From Acidobacteriota bacterium (GTDB lineage Bacteria; Acidobacteriota; UBA6911; RPQK01; JADFOI01): a DNA stretch of 64,000 nt. Where the stretch lies: assembly GCA_963663035.1 (NCBI GenBank), contig OY760074.1, positions 3,392,001 to 3,456,000 of the forward strand, written 5' to 3'. Within the stretch, counting starts at the first letter, position 1, and every line of letters starts with the position of its first letter. The position numbers and the translations under genes were made by a program. Of the stretch, positions 50,009-59,564 are shown one piece after another. Under the pieces are notes generated by a model that was not told where the DNA came from, ran no database searches, and saw only the letters and a list, made by a program, of their open reading frames with translations.

Positions 50009-52164
50009 TGAGAGCCAATTTTCTGTCGGGGTTGATTATTCTGTTCCTCTGGCCGGGGCTATGGCCTGGCGCGCTGGGGGCTGATCGAACTCTACAGGCC
50101 CGCTGGACGGAGGAGACCATCGTCCTGGATGGAGTTCTAGACGAACCCCCCTGGCTTCTGGCCCAACCGGCTGCCGACTTCGTCCAGGCTGAACCCAGGC
50201 AAGGAGAACCCTCCACCCAACGGACAGAGGTCCGCCTGCTTTTTGACTCGGACAATCTCTATTTTGGTGTGATGTGCTTTGACAGCGACCCGGAAGGGAT
50301 CGTGGCCAACAGCCTCAGTCGCGACTTTAGCTCTGGAGACGAGGACTCATTTGAAATTTTGCTGGATACTTTTGCCAGCTCCCGCGACGGCTTTCTCTTC
50401 GTGACCAACCCCAACGGCGCCAAGAGGGACGTGCAGGTGAGCAATGAAGGGAGAGAGCTGAACGTCAGTTGGGACGCCATCTGGGAAGTCAAGACACACA
50501 TCGATGAGACCGGGTGGAGCGCTGAGATTCTGATCCCCATCAAAACGCTTCGTTACGGGAGCACACCTCAAGGTGCCTGGAAGGTCAATTTTGGCAGGCA
50601 AATCCGCCGCAACAACGAAATCACCTACTGGTCTGAAATTCCTCGCCGCTACAACATCACTCGAGTCTCTCTGGCCGGGGAGCTTGTGGGGGTGAACCGC
50701 GATGACATCCATCCGGGCCGGAATCTGTCTGTCATCCCCTATGTCACGACCAGCCTGGCTGACCGTGGGTCCGACACAAGCTCCACTTCTGACATCGGCG
50801 TGGACCTCAAGTATGGAGTGACATCCGGTCTCACTCTGGACTTGACCTACAACACCGATTTCTCGCACGTGGAAGTTGATCAGCAGCAGGTCAACCTGGA
50901 TCGATTCCGTCTCACTTTTCCGGAGAAACGGGATTTTTTCCTGGAGAACTCGGGGATCTTTGAGATTGGAAGCGTTCGCTTACAAAGGGGAACGCCGGAT
51001 GTCGAAGATCCCAGTGTCTTTTACAGTCGTAACATCGGACTTTCTTTGGATAGACGGCAGATTCCGATTCTTGGGGGGGGGCGGTTGACCGGAAGGGTGG
51101 GTCCCTATGAGCTTGCACTCCTGAGCATTCAGACAGAGGAGGCCCAAGGCCAGGGACCGGAAAATGCCTCGGTGCTGCGTGTCAAGAGGGACCTTCTTGC
51201 TCGGTCCTGGCTGGGAGGGTTCCTTGTCAGTCGCCAGGGTTCCGATCGTCCCACCAATCGAGTCTTCGGATTTGATGGGCTGTACCGGCCGCGCGATGAT
51301 CTGACCTTTAACACCCTTTTTTCTCAGAGCGACACCCCGGGCGTTGAGGGGGATGACTGGGCTCTGCGACTGGAGGGACAATATGACTCACGTTGGCTTC
51401 AGCTGGGGGTCATTCACTCCGATATCCAGGAGGATTATCGAGATGATCTCGGTTTTACGGTACGTACTGGTGTTCGTGTCCAACGTATTGAAATTCACCC
51501 GCGCATCCGTCCCTGGGAAGACGAGATGATTCGGGAGATCCAACCCATCGTCAACGTGCGCTACCTGACCGATCAGGACAACCGGCTTCTCACGCGTAAA
51601 CACAGCCTTGGAATTGACTTCTTTTTCCAGAACGGTGCCTTTCTGCGCCTGAGACGGCGCAATATGTTCGAACGGTTGGATGAGAACTTCGATATTCGAA
51701 CCGGTATCACGGTCCCTTTTGGGGACCACCACTATAACGAGTACGGTTTCGAGTTTAACACCGACCGCAGCCGTGTTCTCTCGGGAAACCTGAGGTTCTA
51801 TGACGGGGACTTTTGGGATGGCGAAAAGAGGAGCTTTCAGGTGGGGGCGCAATTTCGGCCCAGTGGTCATCTCAGCACCGAATTCAACTTTGGTCGTGAT
51901 GATGTCACTTTGCCCGGGGGAGCGTTCCAGGTCGATCTTTTTCGTTTCCGGCTCAGGTATGCTTTCAACACCCGGACTTTTCTGGATACCTTTATTCAAT
52001 ACAATAGTGAGCGACAGGAGATCACCTCCAATGTGCGTTTCAACTTGATCCACCACTCTCTGAGCGATCTCTTTATCGTTTACACCGAGGAAAACCCCAC
52101 CATCGACCAGGCGAGCACGGATCGGGTCATCTCCATCAAGTACACACATCTACTGCCCTTCTAA
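50008..52164 (+). CDS. DUF5916-type outer-membrane protein (tandem paralog)
   Basis: Same motifs as the previous gene; TAATG translational coupling. Confidence 0.9.
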   Translation: MRANFLSGLIILFLWPGLWPGALGADRTLQARWTEETIVLDGVLDEPPWLLAQPAADFVQAEPRQGEPSTQRTEVRLLFDSDNLYFGVMCFDSDPEGIVANSLSRDFSSGDEDSFEILLDTFASSRDGFLFVTNPNGAKRDVQVSNEGRELNVSWDAIWEVKTHIDETGWSAEILIPIKTLRYGSTPQGAWKVNFGRQIRRNNEITYWSEIPRRYNITRVSLAGELVGVNRDDIHPGRNLSVIPYVTTSLADRGSDTSSTSDIGVDLKYGVTSGLTLDLTYNTDFSHVEVDQQQVNLDRFRLTFPEKRDFFLENSGIFEIGSVRLQRGTPDVEDPSVFYSRNIGLSLDRRQIPILGGGRLTGRVGPYELALLSIQTEEAQGQGPENASVLRVKRDLLARSWLGGFLVSRQGSDRPTNRVFGFDGLYRPRDDLTFNTLFSQSDTPGVEGDDWALRLEGQYDSRWLQLGVIHSDIQEDYRDDLGFTVRTGVRVQRIEIHPRIRPWEDEMIREIQPIVNVRYLTDQDNRLLTRKHSLGIDFFFQNGAFLRLRRRNMFERLDENFDIRTGITVPFGDHHYNEYGFEFNTDRSRVLSGNLRFYDGDFWDGEKRSFQVGAQFRPSGHLSTEFNFGRDDVTLPGGAFQVDLFRFRLRYAFNTRTFLDTFIQYNSERQEITSNVRFNLIHHSLSDLFIVYTEENPTIDQASTDRVISIKYTHLLPF

Positions 52165-52187
52165 GCCGTCAACAAGTTACGGTTCTC

Positions 52188-52216
52188 TTGACAGTGTCAC
52201 TGCGCACTTCTACACT
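52188..52216 (+). promoter_or_regulatory. Putative sigma70 promoter
   Basis: TTGACA-17-TACACT; TGACA-G-TGTCA palindrome on the -35 box. Confidence 0.6.
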
Positions 52217-52304
52217 CAAGTCAGTCGTGGCTCAGCCGCACAACAAGGTTTCACAGAAAGGAGGAGGTGCACCCGAAGGTCGGTCTTTGAGTGTGTCCAC
52301 CATC

Positions 52305-54335
52305 ATGGAGTTCAAGCTTCAGGCAGGTTCTTTGAGTAGGTATGGGGGAAAGTTGTGGGCGGTGGCGTGGATCATTCTTTTTCTGGGTCCTCTCTCTTAC
52401 GCTCAGCAGCTTCCACTCGAGGTGGAAGACATGGGCTATGCGGATACCATCTTCATTAACGGGAAGATCGTGAGCATGGATGACGCATCCACCTCGACCG
52501 AGGTGGGGAACAGCTACCAGGCCCTGGCAGTCAAAAGGGACATCATCATGAAGCTGGGGACGACCCTGGAAGTTCGGGCCATGGCCGGGCGCAAGACCCG
52601 GATTCTGGATCTGAATGGACGAACCATGATCCCTGGTATTATCGAATCCCATCAACATATCTACGGTGCCTCCCTTCGTTGGCTGGACCGCTTCGGCTAC
52701 CAAAGTCCTGCCCGCGAGATTACTGTGCAGGCTGAGCTGGATCTGGAAAGGACGCAGGGAGTTATGCGGGATGCCATTCAAGAGGCGGTGTCCCAGATGG
52801 AACCGGGTCAATGGCTGATGGTCGACTTGACTGACCATCCTGCGGCACCCAGGCAGGGTTTCATCTGGGGAGCCACTCGACGCCTCACCGATCGCCAGGC
52901 CCTGGACCAATGGGCACCTGAAAATCCTGTACTGGTGCGGCCTGGCAATCGAGGAAGTGTCAACTCAAAGGCGCTGGAACTCATCAACGAATTCCTGCCC
53001 GGTTACTCTGCCTCCATCCAGGAGACCATGCACGGAGATGAGATCGGTGAGGACATCGCGGATATTGGATGGGTGGGAAGCGTGGAAATGGGCGTGATCA
53101 CCTGGGAGCTGTTTTTGGAGAATCTGGAGCCCAATACACTGGCTCAGATGCTCAAACTGGAATCCGAGGCCTGGGCCTCTCTGGGTGTGACCACCTTTAG
53201 CAGCCGGATTCAGTTTCCCAAGATCATGACCGGATACGCCAAGCTGGCCGAGTTGGGACAAATGCCCATTCGCTTCAATGCCCACTATGAGGTCCACCGG
53301 ATGCCTACCGATCCTCAGGAAACCCGCCAGTTGTACCGGCGCACGGGTGTGCTGCAAGGGATAGGCAACGATTACTTCTGGTTTGATGGAGTGGCTTCAG
53401 AGCGCTGGGACTCCCATTTTCCGGAGTCGTGCTTGGGACCCGATAGCAATGCCCCCGCTCATCTGAAGGCGCGTGAAACCTGCCCCAAACCGGGAGATCT
53501 GCACTGGGACACCTTGAAAAATGCCATCAAGGCGGGCTGGAGAATCAAGGGAGTGCACAGCTGCGGCAGCGAAGGTTTTCGACGCTTCATCCAGATGGTG
53601 GATGAGGCCCGGGTGGAGGCCGGGTTGACGGTCGAACAGATCCACGATCAGCACTTCGCTCTGGAACACTGTGATTTGATCGGGAAACAACCCGATGTGA
53701 TCGATAAGCTTCTGAGGTATGGGATTATTATCAGCTGCGGACCCGACTATGTGAGTGTGATGCGTTCCTGGATCAACGAATATGGACCCTACATGGATAA
53801 CATCGAGGATTTTTTTATCCCCTTCAGGACCTGGATAGAATCAGGAGTCAACGTGGTGGGACAACACTATGGTGGAGGTGCCTTTCGAGGCGCCGGTGGA
53901 GAAGGCAGTGTGAGAAGAGGACAGCGGCAACCGCCCTTTTTCATGCTGTGGCAGGCCATCACCCGGAAGTATGACGGGAAGGTCTGGCAGCCCGAGGAGC
54001 GCATTGACCGGGTGCATGCACTGAAGCTTTGGACTCGTTGGGCCTCCCGTTACGTCATGAAAGAAGACAAGCTGGGCTCGCTGGAAGAGGGGAAATGGGC
54101 CGATCTTCTGGTGATTGATCGGGATTACTTTACCATTCCCATAGACGACCTCCTCAAGATCCGACCTCTGATGACCATGGTGGGAGGTGACATCAAGGCA
54201 CTCAACGCCTCCTTGGCCAGAGAATGGAGAACGGTGCCCGTGGGACAGCAATACAACTTCGAGGACAGCGAGATGGAGTGGATTGGTCAAGCTTTCACTG
54301 AAGAGGGGAGAAGGGAAGCGGGCCTGATCCAGTAA
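52305..54335 (+). CDS. Exported YtcJ-like amidohydrolase, type B (Cys-rich)
   Basis: ESHQH, HSCG, EHC, GQHYG and GSLEEGKWADL motifs; start uncertain. Confidence 0.9.
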   Translation: MEFKLQAGSLSRYGGKLWAVAWIILFLGPLSYAQQLPLEVEDMGYADTIFINGKIVSMDDASTSTEVGNSYQALAVKRDIIMKLGTTLEVRAMAGRKTRILDLNGRTMIPGIIESHQHIYGASLRWLDRFGYQSPAREITVQAELDLERTQGVMRDAIQEAVSQMEPGQWLMVDLTDHPAAPRQGFIWGATRRLTDRQALDQWAPENPVLVRPGNRGSVNSKALELINEFLPGYSASIQETMHGDEIGEDIADIGWVGSVEMGVITWELFLENLEPNTLAQMLKLESEAWASLGVTTFSSRIQFPKIMTGYAKLAELGQMPIRFNAHYEVHRMPTDPQETRQLYRRTGVLQGIGNDYFWFDGVASERWDSHFPESCLGPDSNAPAHLKARETCPKPGDLHWDTLKNAIKAGWRIKGVHSCGSEGFRRFIQMVDEARVEAGLTVEQIHDQHFALEHCDLIGKQPDVIDKLLRYGIIISCGPDYVSVMRSWINEYGPYMDNIEDFFIPFRTWIESGVNVVGQHYGGGAFRGAGGEGSVRRGQRQPPFFMLWQAITRKYDGKVWQPEERIDRVHALKLWTRWASRYVMKEDKLGSLEEGKWADLLVIDRDYFTIPIDDLLKIRPLMTMVGGDIKALNASLAREWRTVPVGQQYNFEDSEMEWIGQAFTEEGRREAGLIQ

Positions 54336-54623
54336 GTGCCGGGCGGCTGTCCAGGTAGGTCAAGATCGAGGCCGCACAAGCCCTTCGACCGCAGGCGTAG
54401 CTTGGTACTCACTTTCATAAATACGATAACGTTTGCGGATGGGGCTTGCGAGGCGAGGTCGCGAAGGGAGGAGGAGGCGATGTCAGGGACATCGACGACG
54501 ACGAGTGACAAAGAGATCGCCCGCAACCCCCATCCGCCCGAAGGGTTGGGGCGGGACTGACCTTGCCCCCTAAAACGAGTCCAGTTTGAATGTTAGGATT
54601 TCCGGTTTAGGAAGGAGGCAAGG

Positions 54624-54902
54624 ATGGCAGGGAAGCGGTTTAGGGCAGAACAGATCATCATGAAGCTGCGTGAGGCAGAGGTGGGTCTGGCCCAAGGACA
54701 GAGGGTGGGACAGGTGTCGAAGCAGATGGGGGTGAGCGAGCAGACCTACTACCGGTGGCGCAAAGAGTACGGAGGGCTCCGGTTGGACCAGGCCAAGAGG
54801 TTGAAGGTGTTGGAGAAGGAGAATACCCGGTTGAAGAAGCTGGTGGCGGATCTGTCTTTGGACAAGCAGATCCTGAAGGAAGTGTCCTCGGGAAACTTCT
54901 AG
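54624..54902 (+). CDS. IS3 transposase OrfA
   Basis: HTH ([16 protein letters not shown]) plus leucine zipper. Confidence 0.93.
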   Translation: MAGKRFRAEQIIMKLREAEVGLAQGQRVGQVSKQMGVSEQTYYRWRKEYGGLRLDQAKRLKVLEKENTRLKKLVADLSLDKQILKEVSSGNF

Positions 54903-55795
54903 GCCCGGCGAACAGGAGACGAGCGGTGATGTGGGTACGAGAGCGATTAGGAGCAGAGCGAGTCTCCGAACGTCGGGCCTGCCAAGTGCTGGGACAGGTT
55001 CGATCGACCCAGCGAAGGGAAAGGCAAATTCCCGATGATGAGGCCCGATTGGTGGCCCGGATGGTGGAGTTGGCTACGCAATACGGGCGTTATGGCTACC
55101 GGCGGGTCACGGCGATACTTCATGGGGAAGGGTGGAAGGTGAATCCTAAGCGGGTGGAGAGGCTGTGGAGACAAGAAGGGCTGAAAGTCCCGTCCAGACA
55201 GCCGAAACGAAGGAGGCTGTGGCTTAATGACGGTTCCTGTGTTCGGTTACGAGCGGCTCGCAAGAACCACGTCTGGAGCTATGATTTCGTGCATGAACGG
55301 ACCCATGATGGGCGAGCCTTTCGGCTATTGACGATCCTGGATGAGTACACCAGAGAGTGCCTCGCCATTGATGTGAAACGGCAGATGAATCACCAAGACG
55401 TGTTGGACCGGCTGGCGGAGTTATTCGTTGATCGGGGAGTGCCTGAGTTTATCCGGTCCGATAACGGATCGGAGTTTACGGCACAGGCGGTCCGGGACTG
55501 GCTGCAGGCTGTTGGGGTAAGGACCTTGTACATCGAGCCGGGCAGCCCCTGGGAGAATGGGTACATTGAGAGTTTCAACGGGAAACTACGGGATGAGCTG
55601 CTGAACATGGAGATCTTCGACACGCTGGGGGAAGCCAAGGTGTTGGTAGAACGCTGGCGGAGGGATTACAATCAGATCCGGCCTCACAGCGCCTTGGCCT
55701 ATCGGCCGCCGGCGCCAGAGGCCAAACTACCTAGGTCGCAGGCACTGGATCCAATCCCTTGGAGTGGACTTCAAATGGTCCCGGGTCTAGCATAG
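54890..55795 (+). CDS. IS3 transposase OrfB (via -1 frameshift at GGGAAAC)
   Basis: [13 protein letters not shown] and [13 protein letters not shown] motifs; slippery heptamer at 54890-54896. Confidence 0.92.
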   Translation, partial: GKLLGPANRRRAVMWVRERLGAERVSERRACQVLGQVRSTQRRERQIPDDEARLVARMVELATQYGRYGYRRVTAILHGEGWKVNPKRVERLWRQEGLKVPSRQPKRRRLWLNDGSCVRLRAARKNHVWSYDFVHERTHDGRAFRLLTILDEYTRECLAIDVKRQMNHQDVLDRLAELFVDRGVPEFIRSDNGSEFTAQAVRDWLQAVGVRTLYIEPGSPWENGYIESFNGKLRDELLNMEIFDTLGEAKVLVERWRRDYNQIRPHSALAYRPPAPEAKLPRSQALDPIPWSGLQMVPGLA

Positions 55796-56010
55796 AGGGT
55801 GGACTCGTTCGTGGGGGCAGGTCAGGACGGGCCCATTTCTTTGTTGCTTCTCCTCGCCGATGTCCCTGACATCGACTCGTCGTCGCGCCTCGATCTGGGC
55901 TCCGTCGCGCTCCCAACAAACGCTATCGTATTTATCTAAGTGAGTACTAGGCTACGTCGAGGATCGAAGGGCGCGGAGAACGAAGATATTGAGCTCCCTG
56001 GACAGCCGCC

Positions 56011-57483
56011 CTAGAGGATTGGGGCGAAGAGTATGTGCACGACTGTAACAAGCACCATGATCAGTATCGTGGCCACCGATCCCACCTTGATCATCTCTTT
56101 CATGTCAAGATAGCCGGAGGCGAAGGCCGTACCCGCAGATGCTCCTGCCCAGGGGAATAATACCCCCACGGCTGCATTGGGGATAAGGATGGCCATACTG
56201 GCAGGATTGAAGCCAATCTCTGCGGCCGTGGGGATAAAGATACTGCAAAAGAGAGTCGAGGCAGCTGTTCCTGAAAAGAGATTGGTCCCCACCACCGTAA
56301 CCCCGGCAGCCAGGAAGGGCAATCCCGTTATCCCGATGCCCAACCCCCCGATCACGCCATCTGTAAACTCCAGGAATCCAAATTGGCTGAGAGCGTCGGT
56401 CATGGCCACCGCACCCGTACACAGAAAGATGATGTTCCAGGGTGCGTGCTCGACAACGTCACGCCAGATCAAAGTTCCTTCCCCCTTTTGAACATTCACG
56501 GGAAGAAGGAAAAGCAGGAACAGAACTGCCGGCGGTACCAACCAGGTGGGCACAGCGCTGCGCACGTAAGTGGCCGTAGGATGATCCGCCCCCAGAGCCA
56601 GAGAGAGCAGTGAGGGTCCTGTGAACAACAGTACCATGGTCACGAAACTCACAAGCACATTGATTTCTCCGACCGTCATCTTTCCCAGTTTCTTGACTTC
56701 ACCCTCAACAAAGTCCCGCCCTCCTGGAATCGTGGAAATTTCCGGAGGGAAAAAATAGCGGAGCAGAAAATAAAAGCTGACCAGCAAGACCACGAAGAGC
56801 GGTACTCCCACCTTCATCCACCGGAACCACCCGATATAGGTGTCAGCCAGACTCTCAGCCAGAGAGACACCGATAGCGTTATGAGGGAGACCGGCTATGG
56901 TCGCCACCCCCCCGGCCACGGCTCCATAAAGCGTCCCTAAGGCCAGAAACGAAGCCAGTCGACTTTTCTGGCCAGCCTCCGGAGCAATACCAGTGACTCC
57001 GCTGATGTAGGCAAAGAGTGACATTCCGATTGGCATCATCATCCCCACCACCCCAACATCGGCAATGAACATGGAGAGGAGAGCGACCACCAACATATAC
57101 ATAAACGTCAGCATAGCTGTGCTGTTGGCTACGCCTTTCAGTGTCAGGAATCTGAGGGCCACTCGCTTGGCTAGCCCGTGCTTTTCAAGGGCATAGCCGA
57201 GCATGGTGATTCCCAGGATCCAAAAGAAGATCCTTTGGCCATAAAGAGCAGTCGTCGCACGGATAGACATCACACCCAGAACCGGGAACACCACAAGAGG
57301 GAGCAGGGAAGAGATACCCCAGGGGATGGGTCGTGCCATCCACCAGGCAACACACCAAACGAAGGTGGCGAAGGCGACCCGGCCATTGTAGGGCAGTCCC
57401 TCTAAAGGTGCAGCGTAAATCAGAAGAAACGCTGCTGGCCCAACTGCCAGTTTGGCGAAGAAATTCATGTGCCTGGGTGTCAT
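56011..57483 (-). CDS. SLC13/DASS-family transporter
   Basis: Paralog of 29732-31186 and 59565-61037. Confidence 0.9.
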   Translation of the reverse strand: MTPRHMNFFAKLAVGPAAFLLIYAAPLEGLPYNGRVAFATFVWCVAWWMARPIPWGISSLLPLVVFPVLGVMSIRATTALYGQRIFFWILGITMLGYALEKHGLAKRVALRFLTLKGVANSTAMLTFMYMLVVALLSMFIADVGVVGMMMPIGMSLFAYISGVTGIAPEAGQKSRLASFLALGTLYGAVAGGVATIAGLPHNAIGVSLAESLADTYIGWFRWMKVGVPLFVVLLVSFYFLLRYFFPPEISTIPGGRDFVEGEVKKLGKMTVGEINVLVSFVTMVLLFTGPSLLSLALGADHPTATYVRSAVPTWLVPPAVLFLLFLLPVNVQKGEGTLIWRDVVEHAPWNIIFLCTGAVAMTDALSQFGFLEFTDGVIGGLGIGITGLPFLAAGVTVVGTNLFSGTAASTLFCSIFIPTAAEIGFNPASMAILIPNAAVGVLFPWAGASAGTAFASGYLDMKEMIKVGSVATILIMVLVTVVHILFAPIL

Positions 57484-57531
57484 CGGGATCGGTCCCGAGC
57501 CCGGATGTTACGTAACCCGGGCTTGGCGGGA

Positions 57532-57620
57532 ATGGTATTGGAGTCTGCCCAAGGTGTCAAGCAGACGAAAGGCCTCATCCATGACTTTCCCTTGACAGAG
57601 ACTGACCCACAGGATAGGTT
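57532..57620. promoter_or_regulatory. Divergent sigma70 promoters
   Basis: Minus strand TTGACA-17-TACCAT (57560-57532); plus strand TTGACA-17-TAGGTT (57592-57620). Confidence 0.65.
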
Positions 57621-57707
57621 AGCGGCATTCTATCAACTATTCTCGAAGACGCCTCAGGAGCGTAAGGACAGGGAAAGTCCGATACTTTGGCACCAAAAAA
57701 GGGAGGA

Positions 57708-59468
57708 ATGATGAAACAGCAAACTTGGAATGACCTTCACCGCTTGTTTTTATTGTTGTGTCTTGGCGCAACGGTGGGCAGTGGCTGGGCTCAAAGCGCC
57801 CAGAGCCTGCCGCCTGAAGTCGTTGCCTATGCGGATATAGTCTTTTACAACGGCAAGATCCTCACCGCAGATGAGCAGTTCACAATTGTAGAGGCGGTGG
57901 CCATTCGAGGCGACAAATTCCTGGCGGTGGGAGATAACCAGAGAATTCTGGCCATGGCCGGGCCCCAAACCCGACGAGTGGACCTGGAGCAGCGAAGCGT
58001 GGTCCCGGGCTTTATGGATACCCACCTGCATTCCGCCTGGGTGACCCGTGTGCGCCGGGCGACGGGAGACGCGGCCACACCCTTTACTGGACCGGAGTTG
58101 AATTTCGACACCCTGGAGAGCGCCCTGGAGAGCCTACGGGCCCGGGTTGAAGCGACCCCTCCGGGAGAGGTTATTTCGCTGAGCGGACCCAGCAACCCAG
58201 TGGTGAATCACCAGCTCAACGTCACTCTTCTGGATGAGATTGCTCCCGACAATATGCTCTGGATCGAGGCCATGAATGACCAGATTGTGGCCAATAGCCT
58301 GGTCCTGGAGAAGGTTCCTACCGATATTCCGGGCATCGTCAGAGACGAGCAGGGTCGGATGACAGGCCACCTCAGAGGAGCAGCTGCCGGCGTTCCCACC
58401 TATGAGCTGCAGCCGTGGGCGAAGGTCGAGGACTTACTGGAACCTCAAAAAGAGGAATTTCTCCGCCACAATGCGATGGGACTCACGACCTTGATGGGGC
58501 GTGCCGGCGGTCTGTCGGTTACGGTCTTCCGGGATCTGATGGTGAAAGATGAACTGACCATGAGAGTTCGTATCCACCACCACTTCCTGCGCCAGAATGG
58601 GTATGCGGAGGCTTACCTGAAGAGGTTGGGTAATCTGACCGACCTGGGAAACGACATGTTCAAGATCATCGGGACGTCGGTCCAGGTGGTGGATGGCACC
58701 TCCAACAACGGGTCGGCTAACACCAGTCAAGCCAAAATAAAGATCCTCGACATAGATCCGTACGGACCTTTCGGCATGAACAAGTGGGAAGAGAGCGGTG
58801 ATCTGGCTACCAGTGACCGGCAAAGCATCATCCTGGCCAATCGTTACGGCTGGTCGATCGGTTCTCTGCACAGCAGCGGCGACATGAGCAACACCATACT
58901 GCTGGAAGTTTTTGAAGAGGCCCATCGTGAGAGGTCTCTGGTGGGCCGTCACTTTGGGATAGACCACGGCATGATGTGGAGGCCGGAGCATTATGCCCTG
59001 GTCAAGGAGATGGACGTGATCCCCAGTGTCTATGCCAAGGCCATGTACGGCAATGATAACTTGGTTGAAATGTACGGAATGGACGCCGTTTACAATATGC
59101 AGCCGGTCAAATCCATGATCGAGGCAGGAATCAGGCCGGCGGCGGAAGCCGACGCTTTTGATGCTCGCACCAGGCCACCTCTCTTTAACATCATGAAATG
59201 GGTGACCCGGATAGACGACAGGGGCCGGCAGCTGAATCCGGCTGAGAAAGTGAGTCGGGAGGAGGCCCTTTACATGTACACTCTGTGGGCTGCCGCCTAC
59301 AGTGGGGAAGAGGACATCCTGGGTTCCATCGAGCCCGGAAAGCTGGCCGATCTGGTAGTGCTGGCTGGAGACTACCTGACCTTTCCCGAGACTGAGTTGG
59401 ACAAACTTCGGGTCTTGATGACCGTTATGGGAGGCCAGGTCGTCCACGAGGCCTCCGGCGCCTTCTAG
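57708..59468 (+). CDS. Exported YtcJ-like amidohydrolase, type A
   Basis: DTHLH, SLHSSGD, IDHG and AEAD motifs; ends ASGAF. Confidence 0.93.
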   Translation: MMKQQTWNDLHRLFLLLCLGATVGSGWAQSAQSLPPEVVAYADIVFYNGKILTADEQFTIVEAVAIRGDKFLAVGDNQRILAMAGPQTRRVDLEQRSVVPGFMDTHLHSAWVTRVRRATGDAATPFTGPELNFDTLESALESLRARVEATPPGEVISLSGPSNPVVNHQLNVTLLDEIAPDNMLWIEAMNDQIVANSLVLEKVPTDIPGIVRDEQGRMTGHLRGAAAGVPTYELQPWAKVEDLLEPQKEEFLRHNAMGLTTLMGRAGGLSVTVFRDLMVKDELTMRVRIHHHFLRQNGYAEAYLKRLGNLTDLGNDMFKIIGTSVQVVDGTSNNGSANTSQAKIKILDIDPYGPFGMNKWEESGDLATSDRQSIILANRYGWSIGSLHSSGDMSNTILLEVFEEAHRERSLVGRHFGIDHGMMWRPEHYALVKEMDVIPSVYAKAMYGNDNLVEMYGMDAVYNMQPVKSMIEAGIRPAAEADAFDARTRPPLFNIMKWVTRIDDRGRQLNPAEKVSREEALYMYTLWAAAYSGEEDILGSIEPGKLADLVVLAGDYLTFPETELDKLRVLMTVMGGQVVHEASGAF

Positions 59469-59477
59469 ATCAGGCAA

Positions 59478-59553
59478 GTAGGGGCGCACAGCCGTGCGCC
59501 CTTTAACCCGTTGACAAACCGAGATTTGTGGGCGCACGTCTGTGCGCCCCTAC
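59478..59553. repeat. GTAG-family REP doublet (REPIN-like)
   Basis: GTAGGGGCGCACAGCCGTGCGCCC and inverted GGGCGCACGTCTGTGCGCCCCTAC between convergent genes. Confidence 0.8.
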
Positions 59554-59564
59554 GCAAGGACCCC

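Larger units (their letters stand above)
54558..55824 (+). mobile_element. IS3-family insertion sequence (IS407-like), 1267 bp
   Basis: TG...CA ends, IRs TGACCT(T)GCCCCC...ACGAGTCCA, 4-bp target duplication GGAC. Confidence 0.95.
54341..56014. mobile_element. Long-hairpin MITE-like element split by IS3
   Basis: Arms 54341-54523 and about 55828-56011 are imperfect inverted repeats starting GGGCGGCTGTCCAGG; CTAG at the right end. Confidence 0.8.
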
